52,256 nt of DNA. It comes from Candidatus Woesearchaeota archaeon (GTDB lineage Archaea > Nanobdellota > Nanobdellia > Woesearchaeales > GW2011-AR9). Under the pieces are notes generated by a model. It was not told the DNA's origin and ran no database searches. It saw only the letters and a program-made list of their open reading frames with translations. The stretch spans positions 1 to 52,256 of the forward strand of contig JACPNA010000020.1 in the NCBI GenBank assembly GCA_016185725.1, given 5' to 3'. Numbering within the stretch: the stretch's first letter is position 1; each line of letters starts with the position of its first letter. The position numbers and the translations under genes were made by a program. Below are positions 8,022 through 17,403 of the stretch, one piece after another.

Positions 8022-8372
8022 ATGAAAAAAATAATTTTAGGTTTGTTAGCAATGTTAGGAATAATGTTATTGGTAGTGAGTTGTAGCGGACCAGTGGCGG
8101 GAGAGGCTACGGCATCTAAAGTTTGTGATGGAGATCAATTTATTTTGAAGTTGGATGTACCAGTCACTGTTAATTATGGAACAGGATTACAGTCAAAAGT
8201 TTATGCATATAAATTGGATTATATAACTAGTACACAAGCAAAGTTAACGGTAAATAATGAGGTGACTAACAAAATAGAAGTAGGAAAATCTTACACACTA
8301 AAAGATGGAACAGGAGTAAGTATTGTGAGGATATTTGGAAGTTCTGCAAGAGTGTGTGTGAATTATAAATAA
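8022..8372 (+). CDS. Small putative lipoprotein with one S-layer-like beta domain
   Basis: LLVVSC lipobox; GAGGTG RBS; LDYITSTQAKLTVNNEVTNKIEVGKSYTLKDG matches the N-terminal domain of 4179-5972. Confidence 0.7.
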   Translation: MKKIILGLLAMLGIMLLVVSCSGPVAGEATASKVCDGDQFILKLDVPVTVNYGTGLQSKVYAYKLDYITSTQAKLTVNNEVTNKIEVGKSYTLKDGTGVSIVRIFGSSARVCVNYK

Positions 8373-8380
8373 TTAGTATT

Positions 8381-9478
8381 TTATTTTTTTATTTCTTGAA
8401 TTATTTCTTTTATTGACTTTTCTGTTTTGATGCCGTTAGGCGAGAAATGGGTGTGAACGGCAGGAAGTTGTTTAAGGAATGGTTCGATTCTGGGAGGGTT
8501 GATTTTTAGTTTTCTCGCGATTTCATGCAAGTCGTAAAAGCCGAGAATATCTTTAGTTGATTCTTCTTGGAGAAGGTTAAGAAATTTTTGTTCTTGGGGG
8601 AAGGGATTGTTTTTATTCATTGTGGTAATTAGTTTTTGGTTGTGGAGTTTGCCTGTCCAGAGGGGACCGGCGAATTGAAATTCTTGTTTACAATCGCATG
8701 TTTCTTTGTTGTGTATTGATGATGTATAGTTTAAACAATTGGGACAGAATAAGAAGTATTGATGTTGTTTTACAAGGGCATCACAGCGTTCTTTACCTTT
8801 TTCGGATTGAAAATAAATGCGAAAGTAATGGTCTTTGTGATAGCTAAGGATAGGCGTCAATGCTTTGTCAAATTGAATGCCTTGCAATTGTACTTTGCGG
8901 ATGAGAATTCGTAAGCCAAGTTCGTGCATAAGATAATTTTTCATTGAAGTTGCCCAATATTTGCGTTTAGTTACAGAGGGATAAGTTCCGGTTAAGGCGG
9001 CGGTATCTGTTGCTGTAATCGCAAGAATACCATGGCGGGAAATTCGAGCAACTGCGGCAGGGAGAAAAGGATTAGGCGAGCCGAAGGGATCAATGTCAAT
9101 ATAATCAAAGCCTTTGCTTTGATTTAAGAAAAGTGATGCTTCTTGATTATGAAGAAATAAATTAGTTGGTTTTTTTATTTTGTTTAAGGTTAAATAATTT
9201 TGAATGGTTTTAGAAAAGTTTTCTTTGTTATCGTTGATGTGTAGTTCAGTAATTTTATCTTTGGTTAGCTCGTTGAGAAAACGTAATGATCTTATACCGG
9301 AACCGGCTAGAGGATCGGCTAGTTTCATATTTTTGTTAGGGAGGGAATTGAGGAGAAGGATAGAGATATTACGATTAGCTATCATTAAAGGATTATAAAA
9401 AATATCCATTTTGGCATTGACATTACCTTTAGGTAAGTCGATGTTAAGATTAATGGAATGTTCTGAAATGAGGGACAT
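8381..9478 (-). CDS. trm1: tRNA (guanine26-N2)-dimethyltransferase
   Basis: FYNP..NR, LAGSGIRSLR, DIDPFGSP, TATDTAAL, GPLWTG; start moved to ATG 9478. Confidence 0.95.
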   Translation of the reverse strand: MSLISEHSINLNIDLPKGNVNAKMDIFYNPLMIANRNISILLLNSLPNKNMKLADPLAGSGIRSLRFLNELTKDKITELHINDNKENFSKTIQNYLTLNKIKKPTNLFLHNQEASLFLNQSKGFDYIDIDPFGSPNPFLPAAVARISRHGILAITATDTAALTGTYPSVTKRKYWATSMKNYLMHELGLRILIRKVQLQGIQFDKALTPILSYHKDHYFRIYFQSEKGKERCDALVKQHQYFLFCPNCLNYTSSIHNKETCDCKQEFQFAGPLWTGKLHNQKLITTMNKNNPFPQEQKFLNLLQEESTKDILGFYDLHEIARKLKINPPRIEPFLKQLPAVHTHFSPNGIKTEKSIKEIIQEIKK

Positions 9479-9530
9479 GTTGACAATAATTGAAGAAAGG
9501 TTTAAAAAAACTTTGATCGATTTTAGAGAT
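9479..9530. promoter_or_regulatory. Compact divergent promoter region (trm1/infB) with BRE-TATA
   Basis: GAAAGG-TTTAAAAA about 30 nt upstream of the infB ATG; 52-bp intergenic; implies leaderless transcripts. Confidence 0.55.
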
Positions 9531-11318
9531 ATGGCTCTCCGCAAAGTTTTATTGACAATTGTTGGACATGTTGATCATGGAAAGACTTCGTTGTTAGATA
9601 AGATTAGAAGTTCTACGGTGGCAGCAGGAGAAGCGGGGGCAATTACCCAAGCGATTGGTGTTTCAATTATTCCCATTGAAGTTATTAAGAAAATATGCGG
9701 GTCGTTGATGAATGTGTTTCAAGGTAAAGTTACCATGCAAGGTTTATTGGCTATTGATACGCCGGGTCATGCTGCATTTACTTCGTTGCGGAAAAGAGGG
9801 GGGTCATTGGCGGATATTGCGGTACTTGTTATTGATATTAATGAAGGATTTAAACCACAAACTTTAGAATCTATTGAGATCTTGAGAGCGAATAAAGTTC
9901 CGTTTATTGTCGCTGCGAATAAGATTGATTTAATTGACGGCTGGCAGTATGATGAGAAGAAATTTTTAATGGATAATATTAATGGGCTTGATTACAAAAT
10001 ACAAGGTTTATTTGAGCAGAAGATGTATGAATTGGTAGGGAAATTTCAAGAATTAGGGGTGGAGGCGGAAAGATTTGATAGGGTAGGCGATTATACTAAA
10101 CAGTTAGCTATTGTGCCGGTTTCTGCACGAACGGGGCAAGGTGTTCCTGAATTGCTATTAGTCTTAACTGCATTAGCACAGAAATATTTAGAAAAGCAAT
10201 TAACAATTGAAGTTAAAGGAAATGCGAAAGGAACTATTCTAGAAGTGAAAGAAGAAAAAGGTTTAGGTACAACGATTGATGTTATTATATACAATGGAAG
10301 TTTGAAGGTTAATGATTATTTGGTTATTGGGGGTATAGATGGACCAATTGTGGTTAAGATTAGAGCTTTACTCGAGCCGGTAGCATTGGCAGAAATGAGA
10401 GATAAAAAAGGTAAATTTCAGAATGTAAAAGAAGTATTTGCGGCTACAGGAGTTAAAATCTCAGCGCCGGGATTGGAAAAGGCTATTGCGGGTATGCCGA
10501 TAAGAGGTTGCAGCGGTAAGGCTGAAGAAATGGAATTGCTTAAAAAAGAAGTGCAAGAAGAAATTTCTTCGGTAGTGATAGAAGATAGTGAAGAATTAGG
10601 AGTAATAATCAAAGCGGATACTATTGGTGGGCTGGAAGCGTTAAGAAATTTATTACAAGAAAGACAGGTACCAATTGCTTCATCCTCCTTAGGGGAGATT
10701 ACGAAAAAAGATTTGGGGAAATTAGAGATGGTTAGAGAGAAGGATGAATTCTTTGGAGTAATATTAGGTTTTAATGTTCGTGTTCCTGCGGAAATTGAAG
10801 AGATGCGGAAGACGAAAAATTTGAAAATTTTTACTAATGAGGTTATTTACAAAACTATTGAAGATTATGAGAAATTCAGAGAGGGATTAAAGAAAGAGAT
10901 AGAGTTACGTGAGCTTAATAATTTAGTTAGGCCATGCAAATTTACGATTTTGAAAGGGTATGTGTTCCGACAGAATAACCCGGCAATTGTTGGTGTAGAA
11001 ATTGAGATTGGCAGGATTAAATCAGGAGATCCAGTGATGAATGGGGAAGGCAAACGGTTAACGCAAGTTAAAGCTATGGAAGAAAAACAAGAATCGTTAA
11101 CTATAGCAGAGCAAGGTAAACAAATTGCGATGTCGTTAGATAATGTTACGGTGGGCAGACAGATTCATGAAGGAGATTTCTTATACACCGATATTCCAGA
11201 AGATGATTTTAAGAAGTTGAAGGAATTAAAGAAACATCTTTCTAAAAATGAGGTGGAGGTTCTTAAAGAAATTGCAGAGATTAAACGCCGTAATAATCCG
11301 GTGTGGGGCGTGGGTTGA
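9531..11318 (+). CDS. infB: Translation initiation factor aIF5B (IF2)
   Basis: GHVDHGKT, GAITQ, DTPGH, NKID; archaeal C-terminal domains; no intein seen. Confidence 0.97.
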   Translation: MALRKVLLTIVGHVDHGKTSLLDKIRSSTVAAGEAGAITQAIGVSIIPIEVIKKICGSLMNVFQGKVTMQGLLAIDTPGHAAFTSLRKRGGSLADIAVLVIDINEGFKPQTLESIEILRANKVPFIVAANKIDLIDGWQYDEKKFLMDNINGLDYKIQGLFEQKMYELVGKFQELGVEAERFDRVGDYTKQLAIVPVSARTGQGVPELLLVLTALAQKYLEKQLTIEVKGNAKGTILEVKEEKGLGTTIDVIIYNGSLKVNDYLVIGGIDGPIVVKIRALLEPVALAEMRDKKGKFQNVKEVFAATGVKISAPGLEKAIAGMPIRGCSGKAEEMELLKKEVQEEISSVVIEDSEELGVIIKADTIGGLEALRNLLQERQVPIASSSLGEITKKDLGKLEMVREKDEFFGVILGFNVRVPAEIEEMRKTKNLKIFTNEVIYKTIEDYEKFREGLKKEIELRELNNLVRPCKFTILKGYVFRQNNPAIVGVEIEIGRIKSGDPVMNGEGKRLTQVKAMEEKQESLTIAEQGKQIAMSLDNVTVGRQIHEGDFLYTDIPEDDFKKLKELKKHLSKNEVEVLKEIAEIKRRNNPVWGVG

Positions 11319-11449
11319 TGAATTCTAAAAAGAGAAATTTGATTACGAAAGAACTTAAAGAAGGATATATTGTTAATGCCAAAATAGATAGAATAATGAA
11401 TAAAAAATGGGAAAAAATTTCTGGAGATATTATTTATTAAGGTGAATAT

Positions 11450-11926
11450 ATGCAACAATTAACTATACTTAATTCACGAGATGTGAAGAAAATAAGAGAG
11501 CTAGTTGTTAAGCAGTTTGGCTATTTCCCAGAGGAGGACTATGCGTTTCTTAAGGGAGAGAATGATAAGGTGTATATGGTGAATAAGGATGTAGCAAGGG
11601 TTGATTTGAAAAAGTTGATTGTAGATAGAATGGGGTTATATTTTGCGGAGTTGCGGGAAACGGAAGTGAGGTTAAGCAAGGAAGGAGCGCAATTATTAGG
11701 AAGAGAAGCTAGAGATAATAAGAAAGAGTTGAGAAATGTGGTTGATTTAAATCAACGAGAAGTTAAGGCTTATTTTGCGGGTGTTGATTTGGTCAAGGAT
11801 TTGGGGGAGGAGAATAAGTTGGTATTATTGCAGTTTGGGAATGATGTGTTTGGCTGCGCTAAATATAAGGGGGGGAAAATCATTAATTTTATGCCAAAAA
11901 TTCACCGAGGAGAAGTTATTTTATAA
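11450..11926 (+). CDS. NIP7/RsmF C-terminal-like (pre-PUA/PUA) ribosome biogenesis protein
   Basis: GLYFAE..RLSKEGAQL and KIINFMPK motifs. Confidence 0.7.
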   Translation: MQQLTILNSRDVKKIRELVVKQFGYFPEEDYAFLKGENDKVYMVNKDVARVDLKKLIVDRMGLYFAELRETEVRLSKEGAQLLGREARDNKKELRNVVDLNQREVKAYFAGVDLVKDLGEENKLVLLQFGNDVFGCAKYKGGKIINFMPKIHRGEVIL

Positions 11927-12798
11927 TCCCCGTTTGCGATGGGTTTTAAGAGATAATAATACGCCGCTCCGGCGATTAAGGGAGAAAGTTTTGTTCTGGT
12001 ACATATCCACTGTTGGGGGAATATTTGTTCCGGTGGCAGGGGATGATCAAAGACAAATATTTTGTATCCGCCATTGTGATGTTTTTTTCTCAATTTTTGT
12101 TGAGAATAGATAATATGAGAACGTTCAGGGTGTGCAACATCGCCTTGCTTATTGCGAATGTGATCTTCAAGAGTTTCGTAATGTATTTCTAAATGTAAAT
12201 CATTAAGTTGAGGGATGATGGAATTCCAGCTCAAGTAATGGTGAACGGCTTTGTAGCCGGATTCTTTGGGTGTAGTAACGTAATCTTTTTCTTCGATTAA
12301 ACGAAAACGAGGGTGAGAAAGAAGAGCATTTTTGGCGGCATAGCAAGATTCCTGTGTTGAGGTGACGATGTTTAAGGCGTAGATATCAGATACGGCAATA
12401 CGATGAAGTTGGGTAGGGTGGTGAATACCGGAATATTCAACATTGGCAAGAAAGCGGGTGATTTTTTCAATAATACTCTCCACGCCTTTTGTTCGGCCTA
12501 CAATATTAATAATAGGAGAGGTCTGATGAATGGAAAAATCACCATATTCTTCAATTAAACCAGAGAGGTCCAGATTATCAGAAACATAATTGGGAGCATG
12601 AACAATCTTTTTAGTGGCGAGCGGAATGGAAAAGAGAGAAAGAATGTCTTGTTCTATTACTAAGGAAAGATAGTGAGGATTACGTTCAACAATAATAATA
12701 TGTTCGTCAGATACTTTGTGATTCGTGGTACTTCTAATTATATCCAGCAGTCGATGTGCGCGTTCTTGATTTACATTGGAGATTATGGATTTGGGCAT
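11902..12798 (-). CDS. RelA/SpoT-family synthetase-domain protein (small alarmone synthetase-like), divergent
   Basis: GRTKGVESIIEK, SDIYALNIV, KDYVTTPKESGYKAVH and LEIHYET match the RxKxxxSxxxK, DxxGxR, DY..K.SGY..H and ExQIRT motifs in order. Confidence 0.85.
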   Translation of the reverse strand: MPKSIISNVNQERAHRLLDIIRSTTNHKVSDEHIIIVERNPHYLSLVIEQDILSLFSIPLATKKIVHAPNYVSDNLDLSGLIEEYGDFSIHQTSPIINIVGRTKGVESIIEKITRFLANVEYSGIHHPTQLHRIAVSDIYALNIVTSTQESCYAAKNALLSHPRFRLIEEKDYVTTPKESGYKAVHHYLSWNSIIPQLNDLHLEIHYETLEDHIRNKQGDVAHPERSHIIYSQQKLRKKHHNGGYKIFVFDHPLPPEQIFPQQWICTRTKLSPLIAGAAYYYLLKPIANGDYKITSPR

Positions 12799-12884
12799 TG
12801 TAATTACCTGATAGTAATGGAAAACACGAAAGATTTATAAATATTGTTATTATTTAATAGTAAAAACAAACATGAGGTTCGAAT

Positions 12885-14444
12885 ATGAATAAAAGATTAT
12901 ATTTTTTAATGACCGTACTCTTAGTGGTAACGGCTTTATTTACAAGCCGAGTTGTTGCGGATTTAGCGGAATCGCAACAAGCGTATGATACAGCGAGAAA
13001 TCAATATAATGATCTGCGCGTAGAATATAATGAGGTGATAGAGAAGTATGATAGTGTTAGTGTTAGTGGGGATATTACTCAAGTTGAAAGTTTACAGTAT
13101 GATTTTTGGGAAGTACAAAGTACGGCTAAGCACTTTGTAAGCTATAATTTAATGTATGCTGCTCAAGCGCAGAGTTCTTCAGATCCACAAGAGCAGACTC
13201 TGAGAACAGAATTTTTGGCATTAGGACATTTATTCGCACAAGTACAAGAAGATTCTTCTGCAAAGATAAATGAGTTGGAGCCGATTAGATTTCAATTACA
13301 ATTATGGCAAGATTATCAGATATTAGCAGGGCAGATAGATACGGCAAAAACGAAGGGGTTATTATTGAATCATGATATTGGGAATGCAATGGCCGTGCCA
13401 GGAAATACGGTTAAGGTCTTAGAATTGAAAGAAATGTTGTTGCTCCAGGAAGCGGTGGTGAAGACATTAAAAACATCTGCTTCCAATGTGAATCATAAAG
13501 CCATTGCTATTAAGGATACAGCATTGCAAAAAAAATTAACGAACTTAGTGGATGCGATGGATGCTGAGCTGAAAACAATTACAGAAGTGAAGGTAAGTTT
13601 AGATAGTTATATCAGCATAGTTAATAATAATCCTGTATTGATAAGTATAGGCAATAAAAGTATTACTATCGGCGGTACGTTGAGTTTTACCGTAAGTGCA
13701 TCGGATGCGGATAATGATACATTACAATTCACGATGGAAAATAAACCAACTACAGCCACGTTTGATAATAAAGTATTTAGCTGGACACCCACCGCTTCCG
13801 AAGCAGGGATCTATACAGTAACATTTAAAGTTGCGGATGGAAAAGGAGGGGAAGCAAAAGAAGCAGTAAAGATTACGGTTAGCGCAAACACTCCGTTAAC
13901 TAAGCTGCAGGAAGCACAGCAAAAATTCAATAATTATCAAGATAAATTCGAAAGTTACAAAGATGATTATTTAAGCTATAAAAAAAATTACGATAACGCA
14001 GTAAAGAATAATGATTATAGCGATGTTAAAAAGTATACTCAAGAACTTAACGGTCTTGATGATGAAGTTAAGGATTTAATCAATGATTTAAAAGATTTGA
14101 AAGATGAAGCTGATTCCTTAACAGATGGGGATGTGTTGTATGATGATGTTAAAGATTTGCAAAAAGATGCAGAAATGTTACAAACAAAGATTAAAAAAAT
14201 CTTTGATGGCGAACAGGTTAAAGAAAGTACATCACAAGCTAGCATGACTAGTAATGTTAAACCTTCTATTGAAAAACAGGTAGAAGTACAAAAATTGAGT
14301 ACAATGCCTGGGGAGGGAGTTGCTAGAGAAGATGTTCAAGATGTTAACAATAGTAATGATTTAAGAGCAAAGGCACTGCTTATCGGCGGAATTGTTATAT
14401 TAATGGCAGTGATTGTATTCTTGATGGCTGTGGTGATGTTTTAA
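12885..14444 (+). CDS. Membrane-anchored surface protein with helical stalk and cadherin/Ig-like (He_PIG-type) domain
   Basis: Signal peptide; NNPVL..FTVSASDADNDTL..FSWTP..GIYTVTFKVADG; C-terminal TM. Confidence 0.75.
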   Translation: MNKRLYFLMTVLLVVTALFTSRVVADLAESQQAYDTARNQYNDLRVEYNEVIEKYDSVSVSGDITQVESLQYDFWEVQSTAKHFVSYNLMYAAQAQSSSDPQEQTLRTEFLALGHLFAQVQEDSSAKINELEPIRFQLQLWQDYQILAGQIDTAKTKGLLLNHDIGNAMAVPGNTVKVLELKEMLLLQEAVVKTLKTSASNVNHKAIAIKDTALQKKLTNLVDAMDAELKTITEVKVSLDSYISIVNNNPVLISIGNKSITIGGTLSFTVSASDADNDTLQFTMENKPTTATFDNKVFSWTPTASEAGIYTVTFKVADGKGGEAKEAVKITVSANTPLTKLQEAQQKFNNYQDKFESYKDDYLSYKKNYDNAVKNNDYSDVKKYTQELNGLDDEVKDLINDLKDLKDEADSLTDGDVLYDDVKDLQKDAEMLQTKIKKIFDGEQVKESTSQASMTSNVKPSIEKQVEVQKLSTMPGEGVAREDVQDVNNSNDLRAKALLIGGIVILMAVIVFLMAVVMF

Positions 14445-14505
14445 TTTTTTTTTGTTTGATTATTGTTTCTCTAATGATTATTAATAAATAGAGAAGAAGA
14501 AAAAA

Positions 14506-14745
14506 CTAATTCAAAACGTCTTCAATAGGCTTTTTGCCTTTTAGTTGTTTGGCTTCTTTAACTTGAGCAACTAAGTCAACACCAGCGTCTTTGAGTTCTT
14601 TGATGTGCATTTGCATTAATTGTTCTACTATCTGCACGATGCGGAGCATTTCTTCGCGTTCTTTTGTTAAAGTTGCCAGGGATCCTTTATGGAAGCCGAT
14701 TTTTTCTTCTTTAGACATTTCGGTATTTGATTCTTGTTTTGCCAT
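14506..14745 (-). CDS. Small hypothetical helical protein
   Basis: 79-aa ORF with coding-like composition (IGFHKGSLATLTKEREE). Confidence 0.7.
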   Translation of the reverse strand: MAKQESNTEMSKEEKIGFHKGSLATLTKEREEMLRIVQIVEQLMQMHIKELKDAGVDLVAQVKEAKQLKGKKPIEDVLN

Positions 14746-14841
14746 AAGGGAGATAATTATAAGAATTATTTATTAAGGTTTTGGTTAATTTTGGACTTGG
14801 AAAGGAAAAGGTTTAAATTCTTAAAAAAAATTCTGTTTATA

Positions 14842-15258
14842 ATGGGTTTGTTGGATAAGATACTGTTCTGGAAGAAGAGGGATGAGTTTGATTTTGAAGA
14901 TATGGCTAATAAGCAAATGCCTTCCAGTGGTTTAACCATGCCTGAAGGATTAGGAGAAAATGACCCGTTTAAAGAGAAATCGATGTTTCCGGAGAATAAA
15001 TCTCCGTTTGAACCACATGAAGAGGAATCGTTAGGAGCGAGGAGTGCAATGCCACCGTCAGGAATGCAACGACAAAGTTATCCAGGAATTCAGCAACAAA
15101 GTGGACAGCAAGGGTATGGTCAAAATAGAGATTTAGAATTGATTAATAGCAAGTTAGATACGTTGAAAGCCATGTTGACAACGATTGAGCAGAGAATGGC
15201 AGAAATGGAACGAGCTTCAGGAATAGAACAGAAGAAGAAGCAAGAACGATTATGGTAA
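14842..15258 (+). CDS. Hypothetical protein with C-terminal coiled coil
   Basis: ATG 14842 follows BRE-TATA (GAAAAGG-TTTAAA); DLELINSKLDTLK; overlaps the lspA start. Confidence 0.7.
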   Translation: MGLLDKILFWKKRDEFDFEDMANKQMPSSGLTMPEGLGENDPFKEKSMFPENKSPFEPHEEESLGARSAMPPSGMQRQSYPGIQQQSGQQGYGQNRDLELINSKLDTLKAMLTTIEQRMAEMERASGIEQKKKQERLW

Positions 15259-15689
15259 CTAAAGAGGAGAAGTATTTGCGGTGGTTTATTAGTTTAAGTT
15301 TGATGGTAATTATTGTTGATCAATTGTTGAAATTTTTAGTGGTGAGGTTTAGACCAGATTGGGATTTTAAAATTTTATTAATTCATTTTATTTCTAATAC
15401 GGGAGCCGGGTTTGGCATATTGCAAGATAAGACGTTAATTCTGGCGATAGTTTCTCTTGTTGTGGTGTTATTGATTGTTTTTTTCTACAAGAAAATACCA
15501 CAAGATAAATGGGTGCAAGTGCTAATGGGATTGTTCTTAGGGGGGGTTGTAGGTAATTTTATAGATAGGATGTTCAGAGGTTATGTTATCGATTTTATTG
15601 ATTTTAAGTTCTGGCCGGCGTTTAATATTGCTGATGCGATGATTACGAGTTCCGTGATAGGATTAGTTATTTATTTGTGGAAAGAGTAA
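15252..15689 (+). CDS. lspA: Signal peptidase II (lipoprotein signal peptidase)
   Basis: DQLLK, NTGAGFG, GNFIDR, VIDFIDF, PAFNIAD with both catalytic Asp; four TMs. Confidence 0.93.
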   Translation: MVTKEEKYLRWFISLSLMVIIVDQLLKFLVVRFRPDWDFKILLIHFISNTGAGFGILQDKTLILAIVSLVVVLLIVFFYKKIPQDKWVQVLMGLFLGGVVGNFIDRMFRGYVIDFIDFKFWPAFNIADAMITSSVIGLVIYLWKE

Positions 15690-15790
15690 ATTAGAATAAT
15701 TATTTTAGAATAATTATTTTGAAGGCTAGGAATTTTTTATAGTTCTTTATTGATCTCTTTATTTTAGGAAAAAATAAGAGGTGATTTTCT

Positions 15791-16045
15791 ATGGTTGAAG
15801 AGGGATTAGATGATAAAGTGTTAGGTTGTTTTCTACGATTAGCGTATCCTGTGCCAATAACACAGGATGCAAATTGTCCGCAGATAGAATGGATGGGAGA
15901 GGATTTAGTACACTGTCCTGGAGTGGGGGAATATAAATGCAAAGCGCAACGATTTGAAGATTTAGGAGAGTATGGTGGTATAAGTATTGATTATATGGTA
16001 TGTAAGGTAAGAGATCATACAACTTATCAATTTTATATTAATTAG
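15791..16045 (+). CDS. Small Cys-containing hypothetical protein
   Basis: GAGGTGA RBS; 84 aa with 5 Cys. Confidence 0.55.
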   Translation: MVEEGLDDKVLGCFLRLAYPVPITQDANCPQIEWMGEDLVHCPGVGEYKCKAQRFEDLGEYGGISIDYMVCKVRDHTTYQFYIN

Positions 16046-16079
16046 CAACAGAAACAATAAGAATTATTTTTTATTAGTT

Positions 16080-16757
16080 TTATCTGACACATTCATGGGC
16101 TTTGTAGCCTTTTTCCCATGCTTGTTCTTTAGCTTTGAACCAGAGGCGATGGGATTCGCTAATTTTTTTAGCCCATTCGCACCGTGGTTCGTGATAGGTA
16201 TTACTGCGTTTACTGGCGACATATTTGCCAGGAATATGTTTAACGGAGGGGTTGGTTTTTGGAGAAGGGGTGATTTTTTTTGTTTCTTTAGGTTGTTCAA
16301 AATTAGTGAAGATAGTTGTATCTTGTTTAGGGGTTTTAGCAATTTTTGTTTTGGCTAGTTCGGGTTTAGGTATAGAAGGGTTTTCTTCAAAAATGAAGTT
16401 ATGTGAAGGTTGTGGTTTTTGGGTTTTTGGTTTTGATGTGTTATGGGGAATGCTGAAGAAAAAGCCGGCTAAGGATAAAAAGGTAAGAGATAGATAAAAG
16501 GTTTTATTAACGTACCAGAGGGCAAGAAGATTTAGGATGTAACATAAGAAAATTATATAAAAGTAAAAATCTCCTCTAGGGTGATGATAGTTAAATAAGG
16601 CAAATAAAGTTAAAATTAAAAGGAGAATAAAACCGAGAAGTTCTAATTGCATGAATTTTCCATCTATGGGGGTAATAATAGTAATAAGACCAAAAAAAAG
16701 TAAAATTAAGATTATACTATTAAACAATAATTTTTGGAAACTTTTTTCTAAAAACAT
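16080..16757 (-). CDS. Membrane protein with C-terminal Ada metal-binding-like domain
   Basis: Four N-terminal TMs, Pro/Lys linker, YVASKRSNTYHEPRC..A..KGYKAHEC. Confidence 0.7.
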   Translation of the reverse strand: MFLEKSFQKLLFNSIILILLFFGLITIITPIDGKFMQLELLGFILLLILTLFALFNYHHPRGDFYFYIIFLCYILNLLALWYVNKTFYLSLTFLSLAGFFFSIPHNTSKPKTQKPQPSHNFIFEENPSIPKPELAKTKIAKTPKQDTTIFTNFEQPKETKKITPSPKTNPSVKHIPGKYVASKRSNTYHEPRCEWAKKISESHRLWFKAKEQAWEKGYKAHECVR

Positions 16758-16826
16758 AGATTATTGAGATAAAATTGTTATATAAACTTTTCTTGACTGT
16801 ATTGATTATACTTAAATGTGAATGTT

Positions 16827-17144
16827 CTAGAATTCGTTTTCAAGATTTTTAAGGTAGCCTTTCTTTTTTAAGAATTCTACTTCGGCTTTACCGCGATATT
16901 TGTATACTACGTCACCTTTATCATCACCGCCCAAAGCCCATGGTTCTATTAAAATAACGTCGTTTTCTCTTACCCAAAGTTCTCTACGTAATCGCCCGGG
17001 GATACGACAGATGCGTTCTTTTCCATCCAAGCAAAGAACACGCATTCTACTGCCCCCTAAACGCTGCTGGACGATACCTAGGATTTCTTTACCTTGCGGT
17101 ATCCTAACACGAATCATTTGCGGTTCTTCAGATGGTTGTGACAT
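16827..17144 (-). CDS. eif1a: Translation initiation factor aIF-1A
   Basis: LGGSRMRVLCLDGKERICRIPGRLRR..W..KGDVVYKY. Confidence 0.96.
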   Translation of the reverse strand: MSQPSEEPQMIRVRIPQGKEILGIVQQRLGGSRMRVLCLDGKERICRIPGRLRRELWVRENDVILIEPWALGGDDKGDVVYKYRGKAEVEFLKKKGYLKNLENEF

Positions 17145-17403
17145 GTATATGCGCGAAAAGGAAAGTGATTTATAAACTTTTGTTGTTTATTAGAGATAAA
17201 AACATAAATATGTTTTGTCTAAGAATATCAGGAGAATTGAAAAGAACATTTGGCGAAATATATCTTGAGGATGCAGTTTTAGAAAGAAGAATTTTGAGTT
17301 GAGATTATGATAATAGGATTGAAATAAGCACTGGTCACTAGTCAGGTGCGGGAAAGACATATAAAGAAAGCATTTTCTTGAAGGAGGTATAAAGAGGTTT
17401 CAT

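Noticed and set aside
17145..17403. Degenerate CRISPR array beside the Cas4-like gene (two ATTGAAA motifs)
   Set aside because: No repeat similarity beyond 7 nt and no regular repeat-spacer period
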